Shown: positions 28,346-38,110 of the stretch, in pieces
How the letters are laid out: every line of letters starts with the position of its first letter
Position numbering within the stretch: the stretch's first letter is position 1
Virus record (IMG/VR): IMGVR_UViG_3300030380_002211
Source: an uncultured virus (IMG/VR IMGVR_UViG_3300030380_002211)
Taxonomy: Duplodnaviria > Heunggongvirae > Uroviricota > Caudoviricetes
Length of the DNA: 64,000 nucleotides
Strand: one strand, 5' to 3'
Notes under the pieces: generated by a model
Seen by the model: only the letters and a program-made list of their open reading frames with translations
The model's database searches: none
Told to the model about the DNA's origin: nothing
Made by a program: the position numbers and the translations under genes

Positions 28346-28903
28346 TTACTTTACTGCCTCACTAAACCAAACTGGTGTTGGTCTAAGAGTCCACTTTGCA
28401 AAATAAGCCTTTGCTTCTATATAGTAGTTTTTATATGATTGAATACTATCACCAGGTACTATGCATTGTGGATAATGTGACATAGCAGGTGGCGGTTCTA
28501 CCCAACCATTATCTTTTAAATTAACTGGTGGGTGTTTTAAAACTTCTTCGAGCAGTTGAATTGTGCTGTGCTGTTTTTTGTAGCGCCAGGTATATTCACT
28601 TCCAAGCTCGATGAACAATGAGTACAACCAGTTATAGTGCTGAGAAGAAGAACGAGCCCAAACAGCACTAGGGTGGTGATAATGTACTGCTTTGTAAATC
28701 GTTGCTTCTTCGTTAGGATTTTCGAGTCTATATCTTTGTACTCGTCTACCTGTTTTTGATTTTGCTTCATATTTAATGCCATCTGTCATTCTTTTTGCTG
28801 TTGATAGTAACTGAGCATATTCAACAATCATTTTCACCACGTGCTTATCAACATGAAGTTCGGCACAAGTTTTTGTATCATTATGTAAATAAAATATATT
28901 CAT
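28346..28903 (-). CDS. pyrimidine-dimer DNA glycosylase-like protein
   Basis: MNIFYL..CA..H.DKHVVKM..E.AQLLST, HP..VW.R, AMP-like, Y..YY..K..WT.R..P.W. Confidence 0.8.
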   Translation of the reverse strand: MNIFYLHNDTKTCAELHVDKHVVKMIVEYAQLLSTAKRMTDGIKYEAKSKTGRRVQRYRLENPNEEATIYKAVHYHHPSAVWARSSSQHYNWLYSLFIELGSEYTWRYKKQHSTIQLLEEVLKHPPVNLKDNGWVEPPPAMSHYPQCIVPGDSIQSYKNYYIEAKAYFAKWTLRPTPVWFSEAVK

Positions 28904-28915
28904 AGTAGTATTATA

Positions 28916-29104
28916 TCAGTTTAATTCTTTTTTGTCAACCTCTGAAAGTTTTCTCATTAACTCCATCATCTTTTGTTTCCAAACATTCTTCATATCTTTA
29001 TTCTTGGCCTTTTCATATGCCTTATGTAAACTAGCAATTCTTCGCCAAAATATTTCTAAAGACCCATTGTATTCCATTTTAATACTTTTTGATTTCTTTT
29101 TCAT
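28916..29104 (-). CDS. small basic hypothetical protein
   Basis: FWRRI..L.KAY..A....K.VW..K; overlaps upstream stop. Confidence 0.6.
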   Translation of the reverse strand: MKKKSKSIKMEYNGSLEIFWRRIASLHKAYEKAKNKDMKNVWKQKMMELMRKLSEVDKKELN

Positions 29105-29631
29105 TTGTTCTCCCATCTGTAAAATATATGGTCACCGATTTCTACTGTCTTCGTTTTAGTACTTGCCCATGAAGGCGTCACATAATCTGCATGATAATGA
29201 GTTGCACCATCTGTTATATCTAACATATAATGTTGCTTAATTAGAGATAGATACGATAGATTATATATGTGTTTAAATAACTCTATATCTTTTTCTCTTA
29301 TCTTATCTGCCTTACCGTCACAATACCATGAAAATTGGCATTTGTGTTTGATAGGGTAATAAGTTCCATTTTGTTTCCATGACTCTCTTGTCGGCCCTTG
29401 TTTAACTACTCCACAAATTGTATCTGGAAATCTCTCGTCTTTTACTCTATTCAATGTTACTGCAATAACACCATGCCAACCTGCCATTCCTTGATTTCTA
29501 GATTCAAAGTAAACATTCTCTGCAAGACATGTTGCCTGAATCGGGTCTACACCATCATTGTTTGGTGTATAAACAAATGGGTCACTTATAATGACTCCCA
29601 GCATAATTATCATTTCACTTAAACTAATCAT
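29101..29631 (-). CDS. cell wall hydrolase (SleB/Hydrolase_2)
   Basis: CLA.NVYFESR.Q, NRV...FP.TIC.VV.Q, CQFSWYCDG, GATHYHA, IGDHIFY. Confidence 0.92.
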   Translation of the reverse strand: MISLSEMIIMLGVIISDPFVYTPNNDGVDPIQATCLAENVYFESRNQGMAGWHGVIAVTLNRVKDERFPDTICGVVKQGPTRESWKQNGTYYPIKHKCQFSWYCDGKADKIREKDIELFKHIYNLSYLSLIKQHYMLDITDGATHYHADYVTPSWASTKTKTVEIGDHIFYRWENK

Positions 29632-29695
29632 TATTCCTCATAATTTAATTAATATATACTATTATAATACACTAAATCAGGATAGATGTCAAGCA

Positions 29696-30238
29696 CTAAA
29701 ATTCGTACTTGAGACCAACCCCTATAGCGTTATAATTACTGTCACCACGTTTCATTCTATAACGAGTACTTACTGTGAAATCTTGCCAATGTTTATCTAG
29801 TTTAATACCGTAAGTTCTATCGCTCTGTTCAAGACTAGTATCGACACTATCACGAAATCTTATACTAGTTCCCAAACTCCAATCTTCGTTGATTTTCTTT
29901 TTGATTCTTGGAGTCATTACCCAATAACTATTGTTATCATATGTAGTAAACTTTTGTCCTATTGCCACATATAAACTACTTGACCAATCTTTATTGAATT
30001 TGTGTTTGAATTTTGGGCCTATCTCAAAACGAGAGGTATCTTTTTTGTCGGTATGATTAGTTGATACTTTTATATCTAAACAATCATGTATGTGTTTACC
30101 ATACTCTACACCAAGGGTATTGGAATCAGTTTTACTATCTTTATGGTCAAACTTAATCCCATAGAAATACCCTTTTTTATCTGCCAGTGATAGAGTTGGT
30201 GTTAATGTTAATAATAATAATGTTATTAGTTTATTCAT
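29696..30238 (-). CDS. small outer-membrane beta-barrel protein
   Basis: Signal peptide, alternating beta strands, C-terminal GVGLKYEF BamA-type signal. Confidence 0.8.
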   Translation of the reverse strand: MNKLITLLLLTLTPTLSLADKKGYFYGIKFDHKDSKTDSNTLGVEYGKHIHDCLDIKVSTNHTDKKDTSRFEIGPKFKHKFNKDWSSSLYVAIGQKFTTYDNNSYWVMTPRIKKKINEDWSLGTSIRFRDSVDTSLEQSDRTYGIKLDKHWQDFTVSTRYRMKRGDSNYNAIGVGLKYEF

Positions 30239-30803
30239 TTCTCATAAAATCATCATTCCAATTAAAAGCTTCTTTTACTAAATTGCCTGTAAAACCTTTG
30301 TACTTGTTGTTGACTTTTTTATTTACAACTGTTACTAAAAACTCTGCCTCATCAGCTGAAAGTCCTTCTAACATCTGAATGAAAAGTGTTTCTCTTTTAT
30401 TATTAGATAACGTATTGTCGCCACCTTTTGTAAACAGATACAATCTTTTTGCTTCTTGTCTCAACTGAGTATGTTCTGTTCCTACTGGTGCGTCATTTGG
30501 TGTAAATGGTACATCACCTTTCGGTAGTAACCATTCTATCTTTGGGTCAAAAGCACCTTTTAAAACTTGTCTTAATGCTGTACTATCGTTGTCTCTTAGT
30601 ACTTTTAGTTTTCTAGGTTTATCTTTTGCGTTGTTTATTTTTGTAGCAATCTCACTCATTAAAGGTGGTACAGCTCTGCCTGCTTCTGCCATTGCAGCCA
30701 TACCTCTTCTATTTGCTAATGCTGGGTGGGATTGTGTTGGTTGATTGTCAAAACCTTCTTGACTTGCTATACTTCCATCTGGATTTCTTCTAATTATTGC
30801 CAT
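30231..30803 (-). CDS. conserved T4-like hypothetical protein
   Basis: W.LPKG.VP, L..E.KRLY.F.KGG, RE.LFIQMLEGL...EA. Confidence 0.8.
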   Translation of the reverse strand: MAIIRRNPDGSIASQEGFDNQPTQSHPALANRRGMAAMAEAGRAVPPLMSEIATKINNAKDKPRKLKVLRDNDSTALRQVLKGAFDPKIEWLLPKGDVPFTPNDAPVGTEHTQLRQEAKRLYLFTKGGDNTLSNNKRETLFIQMLEGLSADEAEFLVTVVNKKVNNKYKGFTGNLVKEAFNWNDDFMRNE

Positions 30804-30834
30804 GCTTTAATTCTCCTTAACAGTTCTTTCGAGT

Positions 30835-31680
30835 CTAAAATTCATCTATTGACTCGATTAAAGTTTTAAGTTTTTTATTAATAAAGTAACCTAGAATTTT
30901 ATCTCTAGTTGCTACTTTCACATTCAAAAACTCATTATTAATTTTATCCTCAAGTGAATGAGGTATACAACTTAAATCAATTAATTTTCGATTTCGGTCG
31001 TAATTCTTTTGTTCTTCTTCAGTAAAGGTCATAGAAATTTCCTCTACCCAACTATTTATACGTTTTTTACTTAGAGGTCTTTGTCTTCTGCCTTCAACAA
31101 ACACATTATCATCTGATAATACATTTGGTATACCATCGCTTCTATCACCTTTTAGTATATGTTCTTTGAGATATAAAGTTGGATTCTCGTCTTTGCCTAC
31201 AAATTTATTTAGTACAGGATTATATTGTTTTACGTTATCACTATGTAATTGTATAAAGTCTTTGTCACCTGATAATATAAGTACCTTTTCAGCCCATTGT
31301 TTGTTACTAGTTAAGACAGCAATTATATCATCTGCCTCTGAAGTTTCTACTTCTATAACCTTGTAAGGTAAAAATGCTTTGATTTCATTTTTAACTTTAG
31401 ATATGATATCAAATATCAAAGTCCAATCATGTTCAGATTTTGCTCTATTTGATTTTCTACCTGCCTTGTAATTAGGAAACACTTCTCGTCTCCATACATT
31501 ACCACTATCACAAGCAATAACCATTTCGCCATATTCTTTTCTGAATTTTTTATTGTGAGCACGAAGTGAATTTAAAACCATGTGTCTAACAAGGTCTTCA
31601 TTTAATTCAGGTGCATCTCTGCCATTGATTTGAACCATGAGGTTCGATATCATTATCTGATTGATGTCAACTATAATCAT
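30835..31680 (-). CDS. rnh: RNase H / 5'-3' exonuclease
   Basis: IIVD.NQ, WRR..FP.YKA.R, EADDII, SGDKDFIQL, GD.SDGIPN. Confidence 0.95.
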   Translation of the reverse strand: MIIVDINQIMISNLMVQINGRDAPELNEDLVRHMVLNSLRAHNKKFRKEYGEMVIACDSGNVWRREVFPNYKAGRKSNRAKSEHDWTLIFDIISKVKNEIKAFLPYKVIEVETSEADDIIAVLTSNKQWAEKVLILSGDKDFIQLHSDNVKQYNPVLNKFVGKDENPTLYLKEHILKGDRSDGIPNVLSDDNVFVEGRRQRPLSKKRINSWVEEISMTFTEEEQKNYDRNRKLIDLSCIPHSLEDKINNEFLNVKVATRDKILGYFINKKLKTLIESIDEF

Positions 31681-31979
31681 TATATAACCGCCTTTAAAAT
31701 TCCTACTAATAAAAGTGTAGATAAGGCACCGTTCAACATTATAATTGCTCTGTCATGCCATAATATTCCTACCCAAAGCCAACCTACTACACCTAAAAAA
31801 CTAAAACATAAGTCAACTGTATTAAACTCACCAATTGCTCTGAAACAGGCTGCAACAAGTAAAAATATACATGAAACCCATTTAACATACCAAGATATAT
31901 CGCCTTTTGGTGTTATCTTTTTAAACACTCTGGTAGAATTAAGTGCTTTGATTTTATCGTCTAACTTCTCTCTTGTCAT
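31680..31979 (-). CDS. small multi-TM membrane protein
   Basis: WYVKW..., W.WVG.LW.DRA...LN. Confidence 0.75.
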   Translation of the reverse strand: MTREKLDDKIKALNSTRVFKKITPKGDISWYVKWVSCIFLLVAACFRAIGEFNTVDLCFSFLGVVGWLWVGILWHDRAIIMLNGALSTLLLVGILKAVI

Positions 31980-32017
31980 AATATTATTATATCAATACAT
32001 TGACATGATGTCAAGCA

Positions 32018-32509
32018 TTAATCCAGTTTTATATCGGGATCCAATACGAATTCTACTTCTAATTCTTCTTTTTCTTCTTCGTCTTTTAGAATTTCTTTGT
32101 TTCTTGACTCGTGTAGACTATCATTTTTCTTTGGTTTTTGTCTTTTAAGAACAACATTACCATAATTAATTTCAGTAATTTTTCTGCCGTCTTTAAGTGT
32201 TTTGATTTTTACGATATTATCAGAGATATTCTGCATTGCATGTTTGCCGTCAAAGTCTCTTTTTAATAAACTCTTAATAGATTCAACTACTATTGCTAGG
32301 TCTTTTAGAAATAAATCTTTCTTAGTATCGACAGCGTTCTCTTGTAACACATGAATAAAATCTAAAGCAAATTCTTCTGTTAATTGGTCAATGAATAAAT
32401 TTTCTTTAATTTGTAGATGTTCTTCTTCTGATAATTCTGGTCTTACTGGTTTACTATTCTTACTAACTCTGTTTGTCGGAAACTGTATTACGTTTGACTT
32501 CTTTGGCAT
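32018..32509 (-). CDS. conserved hypothetical protein
   Basis: NVIQFP start, KD.A...ES.KS....H..Q. Confidence 0.7.
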   Translation of the reverse strand: MPKKSNVIQFPTNRVSKNSKPVRPELSEEEHLQIKENLFIDQLTEEFALDFIHVLQENAVDTKKDLFLKDLAIVVESIKSLLKRDFDGKHAMQNISDNIVKIKTLKDGRKITEINYGNVVLKRQKPKKNDSLHESRNKEILKDEEEKEELEVEFVLDPDIKLD

Positions 32510-33190
32510 TTAACCTCTCTTTTTCTTTTGTAGTTCTCTCTTTATCCATGATATCGCTTGATATGATGTAGGTTTCTTATTAATCATTCTTCGTATTGCT
32601 TTATACACTTTAGGGTTTACATCTTCAGCAACTTTATTATTATCTACAATAATAAAATTAGCATGACCAAATAGGTTTTGTAACTTACCTATATTTTGTT
32701 GCACTTGTTTGTGGTTTTGTATCACAATAGCATCTGGTACTTTTCTTGTTCTCATTTGATTTCTTTTAAGAGCAACATCTAAACTTGTATTTACAAACAC
32801 CATATGTACATCATAACCGATATGTTTCATTGTGTTTGCTTCTGATTCTATTCTTGAAATGTCTCTTGCTGTGCTGTCTAATATAAGACCTAAACGACCT
32901 TCTAATGCAATTCTTAACTGTACACCAGTTCTTGCTTTTGCCTTTGCTCTTATTTCGTCACGTCTTGCGATTTCTTTTGCATCTGTTGTTGCCATATTTA
33001 ATGACATTTTTTCTTTATTTAAGGCAAACGTAAACATGTTATCACTATTGATAACTTTTAACCCTATACCCATCAATGTCCTTTCAGAAACCCATGATTT
33101 ACCTGAACCAGGACCTCCTGCAAGAAAGAACGCTTTGAATATATTTGGGTCGTAAACGCCTTCAGATATGTATTGTTGAAAGTCTATCAT
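32510..33190 (-). CDS. P-loop kinase (zeta-toxin/AAA_33-like) with CTS-like N-terminus
   Basis: FLAGGPGSGKS, D.T, A..RN..R.R; MIDFQQYISE; late promoter 5 nt upstream. Confidence 0.85.
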   Translation of the reverse strand: MIDFQQYISEGVYDPNIFKAFFLAGGPGSGKSWVSERTLMGIGLKVINSDNMFTFALNKEKMSLNMATTDAKEIARRDEIRAKAKARTGVQLRIALEGRLGLILDSTARDISRIESEANTMKHIGYDVHMVFVNTSLDVALKRNQMRTRKVPDAIVIQNHKQVQQNIGKLQNLFGHANFIIVDNNKVAEDVNPKVYKAIRRMINKKPTSYQAISWIKRELQKKKRG

Positions 33191-33211
33191 GCTACTATTT
33201 ATATTCCTTTA

Positions 33212-33469
33212 CTATATTTTTTCACCTTTAAAGTTTATCTTTCCTTCATTAAGAAAATGTTCTTTTAATTCATTATAACCACCCACATGAACGTCATTCA
33301 TGACTATTTGTGGTATAGTTCTAACTTGTTTTCCTAACACTTTATACAATTCATCAATAGATAAATCTTTGGTTACAACCTTCTCTTCATACTGTAGGCC
33401 AAGAGTTTCTAATAAATACTTGGCCTTCTCACAATATGGACAGTTTGGTTTGCTGTAAACTGTAATCAT
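33212..33469 (-). CDS. nrdC: glutaredoxin
   Basis: CPYC, TIPQI, GGY. Confidence 0.93.
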   Translation of the reverse strand: MITVYSKPNCPYCEKAKYLLETLGLQYEEKVVTKDLSIDELYKVLGKQVRTIPQIVMNDVHVGGYNELKEHFLNEGKINFKGEKI

Positions 33470-34048
33470 CTACAATACCTCCTCTATCGCCTCTTCTGCT
33501 AATACATCAATATCAATATCTTGATTTGCATTTTCAGCAATATAATCGGCAAGTTTATTTGCGTCACCGATACCCATTTTCAGACCGAGATAAACTCTGT
33601 ACTGACCATAAGGTGTTTCATATACTGCTTTCTCCCATTGTTCATAACCTTGAACCATAGTCTTTGCAACTACATTAACAATTGTGTCTTCGATTTTCGA
33701 AGCAACTTTTTTGTTTTTATTTGAACCAATCTCAGTAGTATATAGTTCACTTCTTTGATTCATTTCGCCTTGCATCTGGTCAGCAAGACTTGCTTTTGCA
33801 ACTAACAATGCCTTTTGAATTGCTAATTGTAAATCGGGACTCGACCCTTGACCTACTGAATAGATATAATTACTTTCAGTACCTCTATCAAAAAAACCTT
33901 CACTAACTGAAGCATCAATATACCATTGTGGTACTTCATCTAATAAACGGCCATTCTTTAAATCTGCTTCTTGTTCAACTTTGTAAGTGTTACTACTACA
34001 ACTTGCCAAAGTAATTGTTGCCAAAGCAACTAATAATGTCTTTATCAT
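33470..34048 (-). CDS. lipoprotein (LPP20-like)
   Basis: Lipobox LASC; VPQW, G.G.S.DLQLA..KA...AK..LA. Confidence 0.75.
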   Translation of the reverse strand: MIKTLLVALATITLASCSSNTYKVEQEADLKNGRLLDEVPQWYIDASVSEGFFDRGTESNYIYSVGQGSSPDLQLAIQKALLVAKASLADQMQGEMNQRSELYTTEIGSNKNKKVASKIEDTIVNVVAKTMVQGYEQWEKAVYETPYGQYRVYLGLKMGIGDANKLADYIAENANQDIDIDVLAEEAIEEVL

Positions 34049-34184
34049 ATATTTTACTCCTTCACTTCATTTATAACATTATCTGTTATTCTTAAAAATT
34101 TTGCTAAGTTTACTTTCTCAGAAAATTCACCCCAATGTAACGTCAACATAACTATACAAGTTATAGTAACTAATAGTTTATACA

Positions 34185-34553
34185 TTACTTCGTCTCCCAA
34201 ACACCATGTTCATTTAAACAAACCATCCCAGGTGTTTTAAAAGGATGGTCTGGTCTTGCCACTTCTCTGCAATAAGCAGGAACTGTCAAATCTGCATAAT
34301 AAAATTGAGCGAATAATTCCCAGTAATTAGGTCCGTCATATCCGTCTTTACATTTTACGATTTCTTCTTTTGTTGTTTCTGTTATTAGACATTGTCTATC
34401 TAAACACTTCTCTTTAATTATAACTTTTATCATACAAGGGTTGTCATTTAACCATTGTGATTTATCACCTGCATAGGCACATGACTTAAACATTAATAAC
34501 AATATTATTAATAGTAACATTGAATATAACATTGATGTTCTAGGGTCTTGCAT
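34185..34553 (-). CDS. secreted hypothetical protein
   Basis: Signal peptide; six Cys in the mature region. Confidence 0.6.
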   Translation of the reverse strand: MQDPRTSMLYSMLLLIILLLMFKSCAYAGDKSQWLNDNPCMIKVIIKEKCLDRQCLITETTKEEIVKCKDGYDGPNYWELFAQFYYADLTVPAYCREVARPDHPFKTPGMVCLNEHGVWETK

Positions 34554-34912
34554 TATGAATCCGACCAGTTTGAGAAATCATATTTTTCAGCAGTAAAAAA
34601 ATCATCTTTCTCTTTAACAAAAACACCATCAACCATTTTACCTTTTCTATCTTTGATATCATCATATGCTACCTGTAAACATTCCTCCCATGTAACATCA
34701 TTTCTTTTCATAATGTTTAACATAATAACCATCATGTCACCTAGGTCATCTCTTACATCTTTTTGTTTGCAAACACTATCACTCAACTCGCCAAGTTCTT
34801 GTTGCAACTTTAACACTTGGTCTTTATCAGTAGAGCCTTCAATTAAGTTTCTATCTTCGTGCCACCTTAATACTTTATCTACTAAACTTTCTGGTTTTTC
34901 ATCTATGTTCAT
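34553..34912 (-). CDS. MazG-like nucleotide pyrophosphohydrolase
   Basis: W..DRNL, QVLKLQQELGEL, DDLGD..V, CL..AY..IKDRKG. Confidence 0.88.
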   Translation of the reverse strand: MNIDEKPESLVDKVLRWHEDRNLIEGSTDKDQVLKLQQELGELSDSVCKQKDVRDDLGDMMVIMLNIMKRNDVTWEECLQVAYDDIKDRKGKMVDGVFVKEKDDFFTAEKYDFSNWSDS

Positions 34913-35388
34913 GAGTTTGTACTCTCCTTTATTGTCCAACGTCCGTCTGGTAATTGACAGGCTGTTCCTGTCTCACTCTCTCTTGATATGCCATTCATAG
35001 GCCAAGAATGTTCGATACTAATGACTGAAGTATATTCTCTACATCTAGCACTATTTTTTACATAAGTTCTATTGATTGTTATAGAACCCCAATTACCATT
35101 AGCAGAGTTACCCCAACTTGTATGAGACCTTTTGCCTGGTGCTGTGTTTAATGTATCTACAAATATTGCTGTATGTGTATTCATATCATTTTTATAATAA
35201 AACTTTGCACCCCATACGGCACCGACTACACTACAAGCAGCCGATATAGGCATATTTGCTTGAAGTAATCCTGCACAAGTAGTATNNNNNNNNNNCCCCC
35301 AGCCGTACCTAGATGCGATTTAACTGTATTCATACTACAACCACTTATGTAGTAAGCAAGTATTATTAATATAGTTAATCTAATCATC
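34909..35388 (-). CDS. glycine-zipper/17-kDa surface antigen-like lipoprotein (spans N gap)
   Basis: Lipobox SGC upstream of gap; W.N..GN.G, CREY, GTAC..PDGRW; frame across gap unknown. Confidence 0.7.
35286..35295. other. assembly gap (10 N)
   Basis: nnnnnnnnnn in sequence. Confidence 1.
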
Positions 35389-35510
35389 TTTCTCTTCTTG
35401 TTCTTTTTTTCTTAACCACATTTCATCACCAATAGCATCTATATCAGGTTCAACTTCTTCTTTTGGTTCAGGTGGATTAATCCAATCTTGGTCTCGTCTT
35501 TCACACATAT

Positions 35511-35831
35511 TTACTCTCCTGCAATCCAAACTTCTCGATTATAAAAATATATTTCTTTATCTTTAGGGCCGACAAGATGTGTTTCTCCGTTCTCGTCAAC
35601 CTCTAAAGTTTCAGCTTCAATTACACCTGAAGTATTTATTCCTGAAGAAACATTATATTCTTCTTCCCATTCTGTTTCTTCTTCATCATCTACAAAGTCT
35701 ATAAAATTAAATAAGTTTCTAATTGTATTTAACTCACTAATCGGTGTTGGTAGTATTTGTTTATTACCACAACTAGTTAGTAGTAATGATATAATTAATA
35801 TTCTAAACAATGTAATTCTCTTCGATATCAT
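35511..35831 (-). CDS. putative lipoprotein
   Basis: Lipobox LTSC, acidic mature region. Confidence 0.6.
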   Translation of the reverse strand: MISKRITLFRILIISLLLTSCGNKQILPTPISELNTIRNLFNFIDFVDDEEETEWEEEYNVSSGINTSGVIEAETLEVDENGETHLVGPKDKEIYFYNREVWIAGE

Positions 35832-36043
35832 AACTCATATTTTTCTGTCCATCTATATCACCTTCTGTCCATTGAAAGTAAACTGCTGTTGCTTCTTCGA
35901 AAGTAGAACAACTATAGATAACTTCTTTATCACCGTTCTCGTCATAGTAGACAATATCATAAGTTTTCTTTTGTATACTCATGTCATTATACTATAGAAA
36001 ACTGCAAATGTCAAGAGCATAAGCCAGAATAATAATAGGTCGC

Positions 36044-36496
36044 TCATCTGCCTATATCTTTCACGTCTTTACGACTAATGACTTGATATGCACCTTTATT
36101 ATAAGCAGGTGCAACTGTAAAGTTTTTAGATTCTTCTAGACGCCAATTGTGACTTGGTTTAGTACCACCAGTACCATGAAATTTAGATTTGTCAATGGTG
36201 GAGCCAGAGGGAATCGAACCCACGACCTCCTCGTTGCAAACGAGGCGCTCTCCCGCCTGAGCTATAGCCCCATGTTTCTGAACTATTGGACGATTTTGAT
36301 TTTCTTTTCTGATATCAGATAGTTTTTTGTCAGGATTGATACCGTGACTAATTAGAAATTTTCTGTGTTGTGCTCTCGCCTTTAATAATTTTTGCATCTT
36401 TGGCGACTTACTCATTTTCTTCATACCTAAACTGTTTGGCAGTTTCTTCTTCTTCTTACCATAACTCTTAGGTATATGTACATAAAATAAACCCAT
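36044..36496 (-). CDS. conserved T4-like hypothetical protein containing a nested tRNA
   Basis: H.KFL...G.....; C-terminal FTVAPAYNKGAYQVI...IG motif; consensus promoter and GAGG RBS upstream. Confidence 0.75.
   Translation of the reverse strand: MGLFYVHIPKSYGKKKKKLPNSLGMKKMSKSPKMQKLLKARAQHRKFLISHGINPDKKLSDIRKENQNRPIVQKHGAIAQAGERLVCNEEVVGSIPSGSTIDKSKFHGTGGTKPSHNWRLEESKNFTVAPAYNKGAYQVISRKDVKDIGR
36196..36271 (-). tRNA. tRNA-Ala (UGC)
   Basis: GGGGCTATAGCTCAGGCGGGAGAGCGCCTCGTTTGCAACGAGGAGGTCGTGGGTTCGATTCCCTCTGGCTCCACCA: 76 nt cloverleaf, G3:U70, encoded CCA; one U-U mismatch in T-stem. Confidence 0.9.
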
Positions 36497-36519
36497 AATA
36501 TATCCTCGTTAGTAATATA

Positions 36520-36550
36520 ATTATATACTATATTAGTATACTTGTCAAGC
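36520..36550 (-). promoter_or_regulatory. sigma70-type promoter GCTTGACA-N17-TATAAT
   Basis: Perfect consensus upstream of the tRNA-containing ORF. Confidence 0.8.
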
Positions 36551-36997
36551 TTCTCTTTTCTTATACTCCTCTGCAATCTGTTCTTGTGTCCAATCTTTTG
36601 CATACCATGTATATTCTTCATCAAAATCTTTCAATAACATGAAATCAGATTTTTGACCATAATTATAATAGTAATCTTCTTTTGCTGGTATCAGACCAAC
36701 AGGTCCATTGTAAACATCAGGATATACTTCCTTATATGTTTTAAAATAATCTCTATCATCTACGATATAAACTTCGGACTTTTCAAACTGTTCAGGATCC
36801 TCTTGATGTCTTTGTTTCTTTTCTGCCTTTGCATATGCTTTATCAGCCTTTGCTTTCATGATAAGTATTTTACCTTGCATCTCGTGTATTTGAGAATACG
36901 ATACATTTCTGTATAGAGTCCAAGTATTTGAAAACGTACTACCACCATCTTGATGGCCAACATCCCAATAGTGTCTAGAATAAACTACATGAAACAT
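36545..36997 (-). CDS. hypothetical protein
   Basis: Coupled ORF in early cluster. Confidence 0.65.
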   Translation of the reverse strand: MFHVVYSRHYWDVGHQDGGSTFSNTWTLYRNVSYSQIHEMQGKILIMKAKADKAYAKAEKKQRHQEDPEQFEKSEVYIVDDRDYFKTYKEVYPDVYNGPVGLIPAKEDYYYNYGQKSDFMLLKDFDEEYTWYAKDWTQEQIAEEYKKREA

Positions 36998-37332
36998 TAT
37001 CTACAGTCCTTATTTTTGTATTCATCTGATTGTAAATTACACTTATATTCTTTATCTGCCTTTGCTCTCAACTCTGCTGAGATACTATCTAACATAGATG
37101 GCAAATATTTTTGTAAAATTGATATTGTGTCAAGAGCATAATTATGAGCAAGTCTTGCCATTTCAGCTTCGAATACAGAAGAGTCAACTGAATTGCCTTG
37201 TAATTTTTGTTGAATTACATGACCAGCAATTGCTTCGTTCATGTCACTAGCAAAAGCAGAAGACAGGGTTAGAAAGAAATTTGCCCACACTAATATAAAA
37301 ATCATAATTAAAAACTTTATCAATTTAAACAT
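36997..37332 (-). CDS. secreted hypothetical protein
   Basis: Signal peptide SAFA|S; GGAG RBS. Confidence 0.65.
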   Translation of the reverse strand: MFKLIKFLIMIFILVWANFFLTLSSAFASDMNEAIAGHVIQQKLQGNSVDSSVFEAEMARLAHNYALDTISILQKYLPSMLDSISAELRAKADKEYKCNLQSDEYKNKDCR

Positions 37333-37446
37333 TTATTACTCCTATTGTATTTAACACAGCCATAAGTATTACATATAGCATCCATAATCCTACAAGTATA
37401 GCCATACCATTAACTATCCATGTTCCTACTAAATCTAAAAAATACT

Positions 37447-37632
37447 TCATACTGCCCACTTCTCTTCCTTCTTTACAGAATTATCTTTCATAAAATAACC
37501 ATCTTCGTCCATGACTACAAATTTGTGACCTTGTTTAGGGTCATTAAGAACTCTCTTACCATAAGCAAATGCGGCTGGCAGAAATTCAAAACTTACAACC
37601 CATTCTACTTCGTAAAAGTTTACATAGTACAT
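37447..37632 (-). CDS. hypothetical protein
   Basis: Coupled to upstream ORF with GGAGG RBS. Confidence 0.5.
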   Translation of the reverse strand: MYYVNFYEVEWVVSFEFLPAAFAYGKRVLNDPKQGHKFVVMDEDGYFMKDNSVKKEEKWAV

Positions 37633-38015
37633 TACGCAACCTCCTTGAAACCCATAGTTGCAACAACAAATTTTCTTTTTGTTTCTTTGTCTTCAACTAT
37701 ATCACCAACACTTACAGAATACATATCAGTATTTGCAAATCTTTCTATTTGTGATTCTGGTCCCACGTTACCAACTTGAAAGACATCTTCAAGACTTCTA
37801 GCAGTTATATTACTAACATGAGAATAATAATCTTTGTCAAGTGCTTCTCTTGCAAGTTTATCAACATCATCATTAAAAGTCATATTGATATGCATAAAGT
37901 GTTTTTCAACTGCATCATGACCTTTCGCATTGATAAGGTCGTCTTCTTCTTTGGTCGTATGTATCTGATATAATTTGAATTTTCGCATAGTGTAGTCCTT
38001 TGTGTGTTTTTTCAT
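37632..38015 (-). CDS. YodL-like hypothetical protein
   Basis: LYQI, LEDVF..GN, SVSVGDIV, GF. Confidence 0.65.
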   Translation of the reverse strand: MKKHTKDYTMRKFKLYQIHTTKEEDDLINAKGHDAVEKHFMHINMTFNDDVDKLAREALDKDYYSHVSNITARSLEDVFQVGNVGPESQIERFANTDMYSVSVGDIVEDKETKRKFVVATMGFKEVA

Positions 38016-38026
38016 AATATAAGTAT

Positions 38027-38066
38027 ATTATACTAAGAATACTAGGACTTGTCAAGCACTATTCCA
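38027..38066 (-). promoter_or_regulatory. sigma70-type early promoter
   Basis: TGGAATAGTGCTTGACA-N17-TATAAT, matching the upstream element of the 19.9/20.2 kb promoters. Confidence 0.85.
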
Positions 38067-38110
38067 TCAAAAAAACGTTGTAAAATCAATGGTTTATAAA
38101 TTAATTGGAA

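Noticed and set aside
32510..33190. Zeta toxin-antitoxin module
   Set aside because: No epsilon-like antitoxin is adjacent; late promoter and CTS-like start fit a virion-associated kinase better.
35253..35388. Apparent truncation or pseudogene of the surface-antigen lipoprotein
   Set aside because: The break coincides with the 10-N assembly gap.
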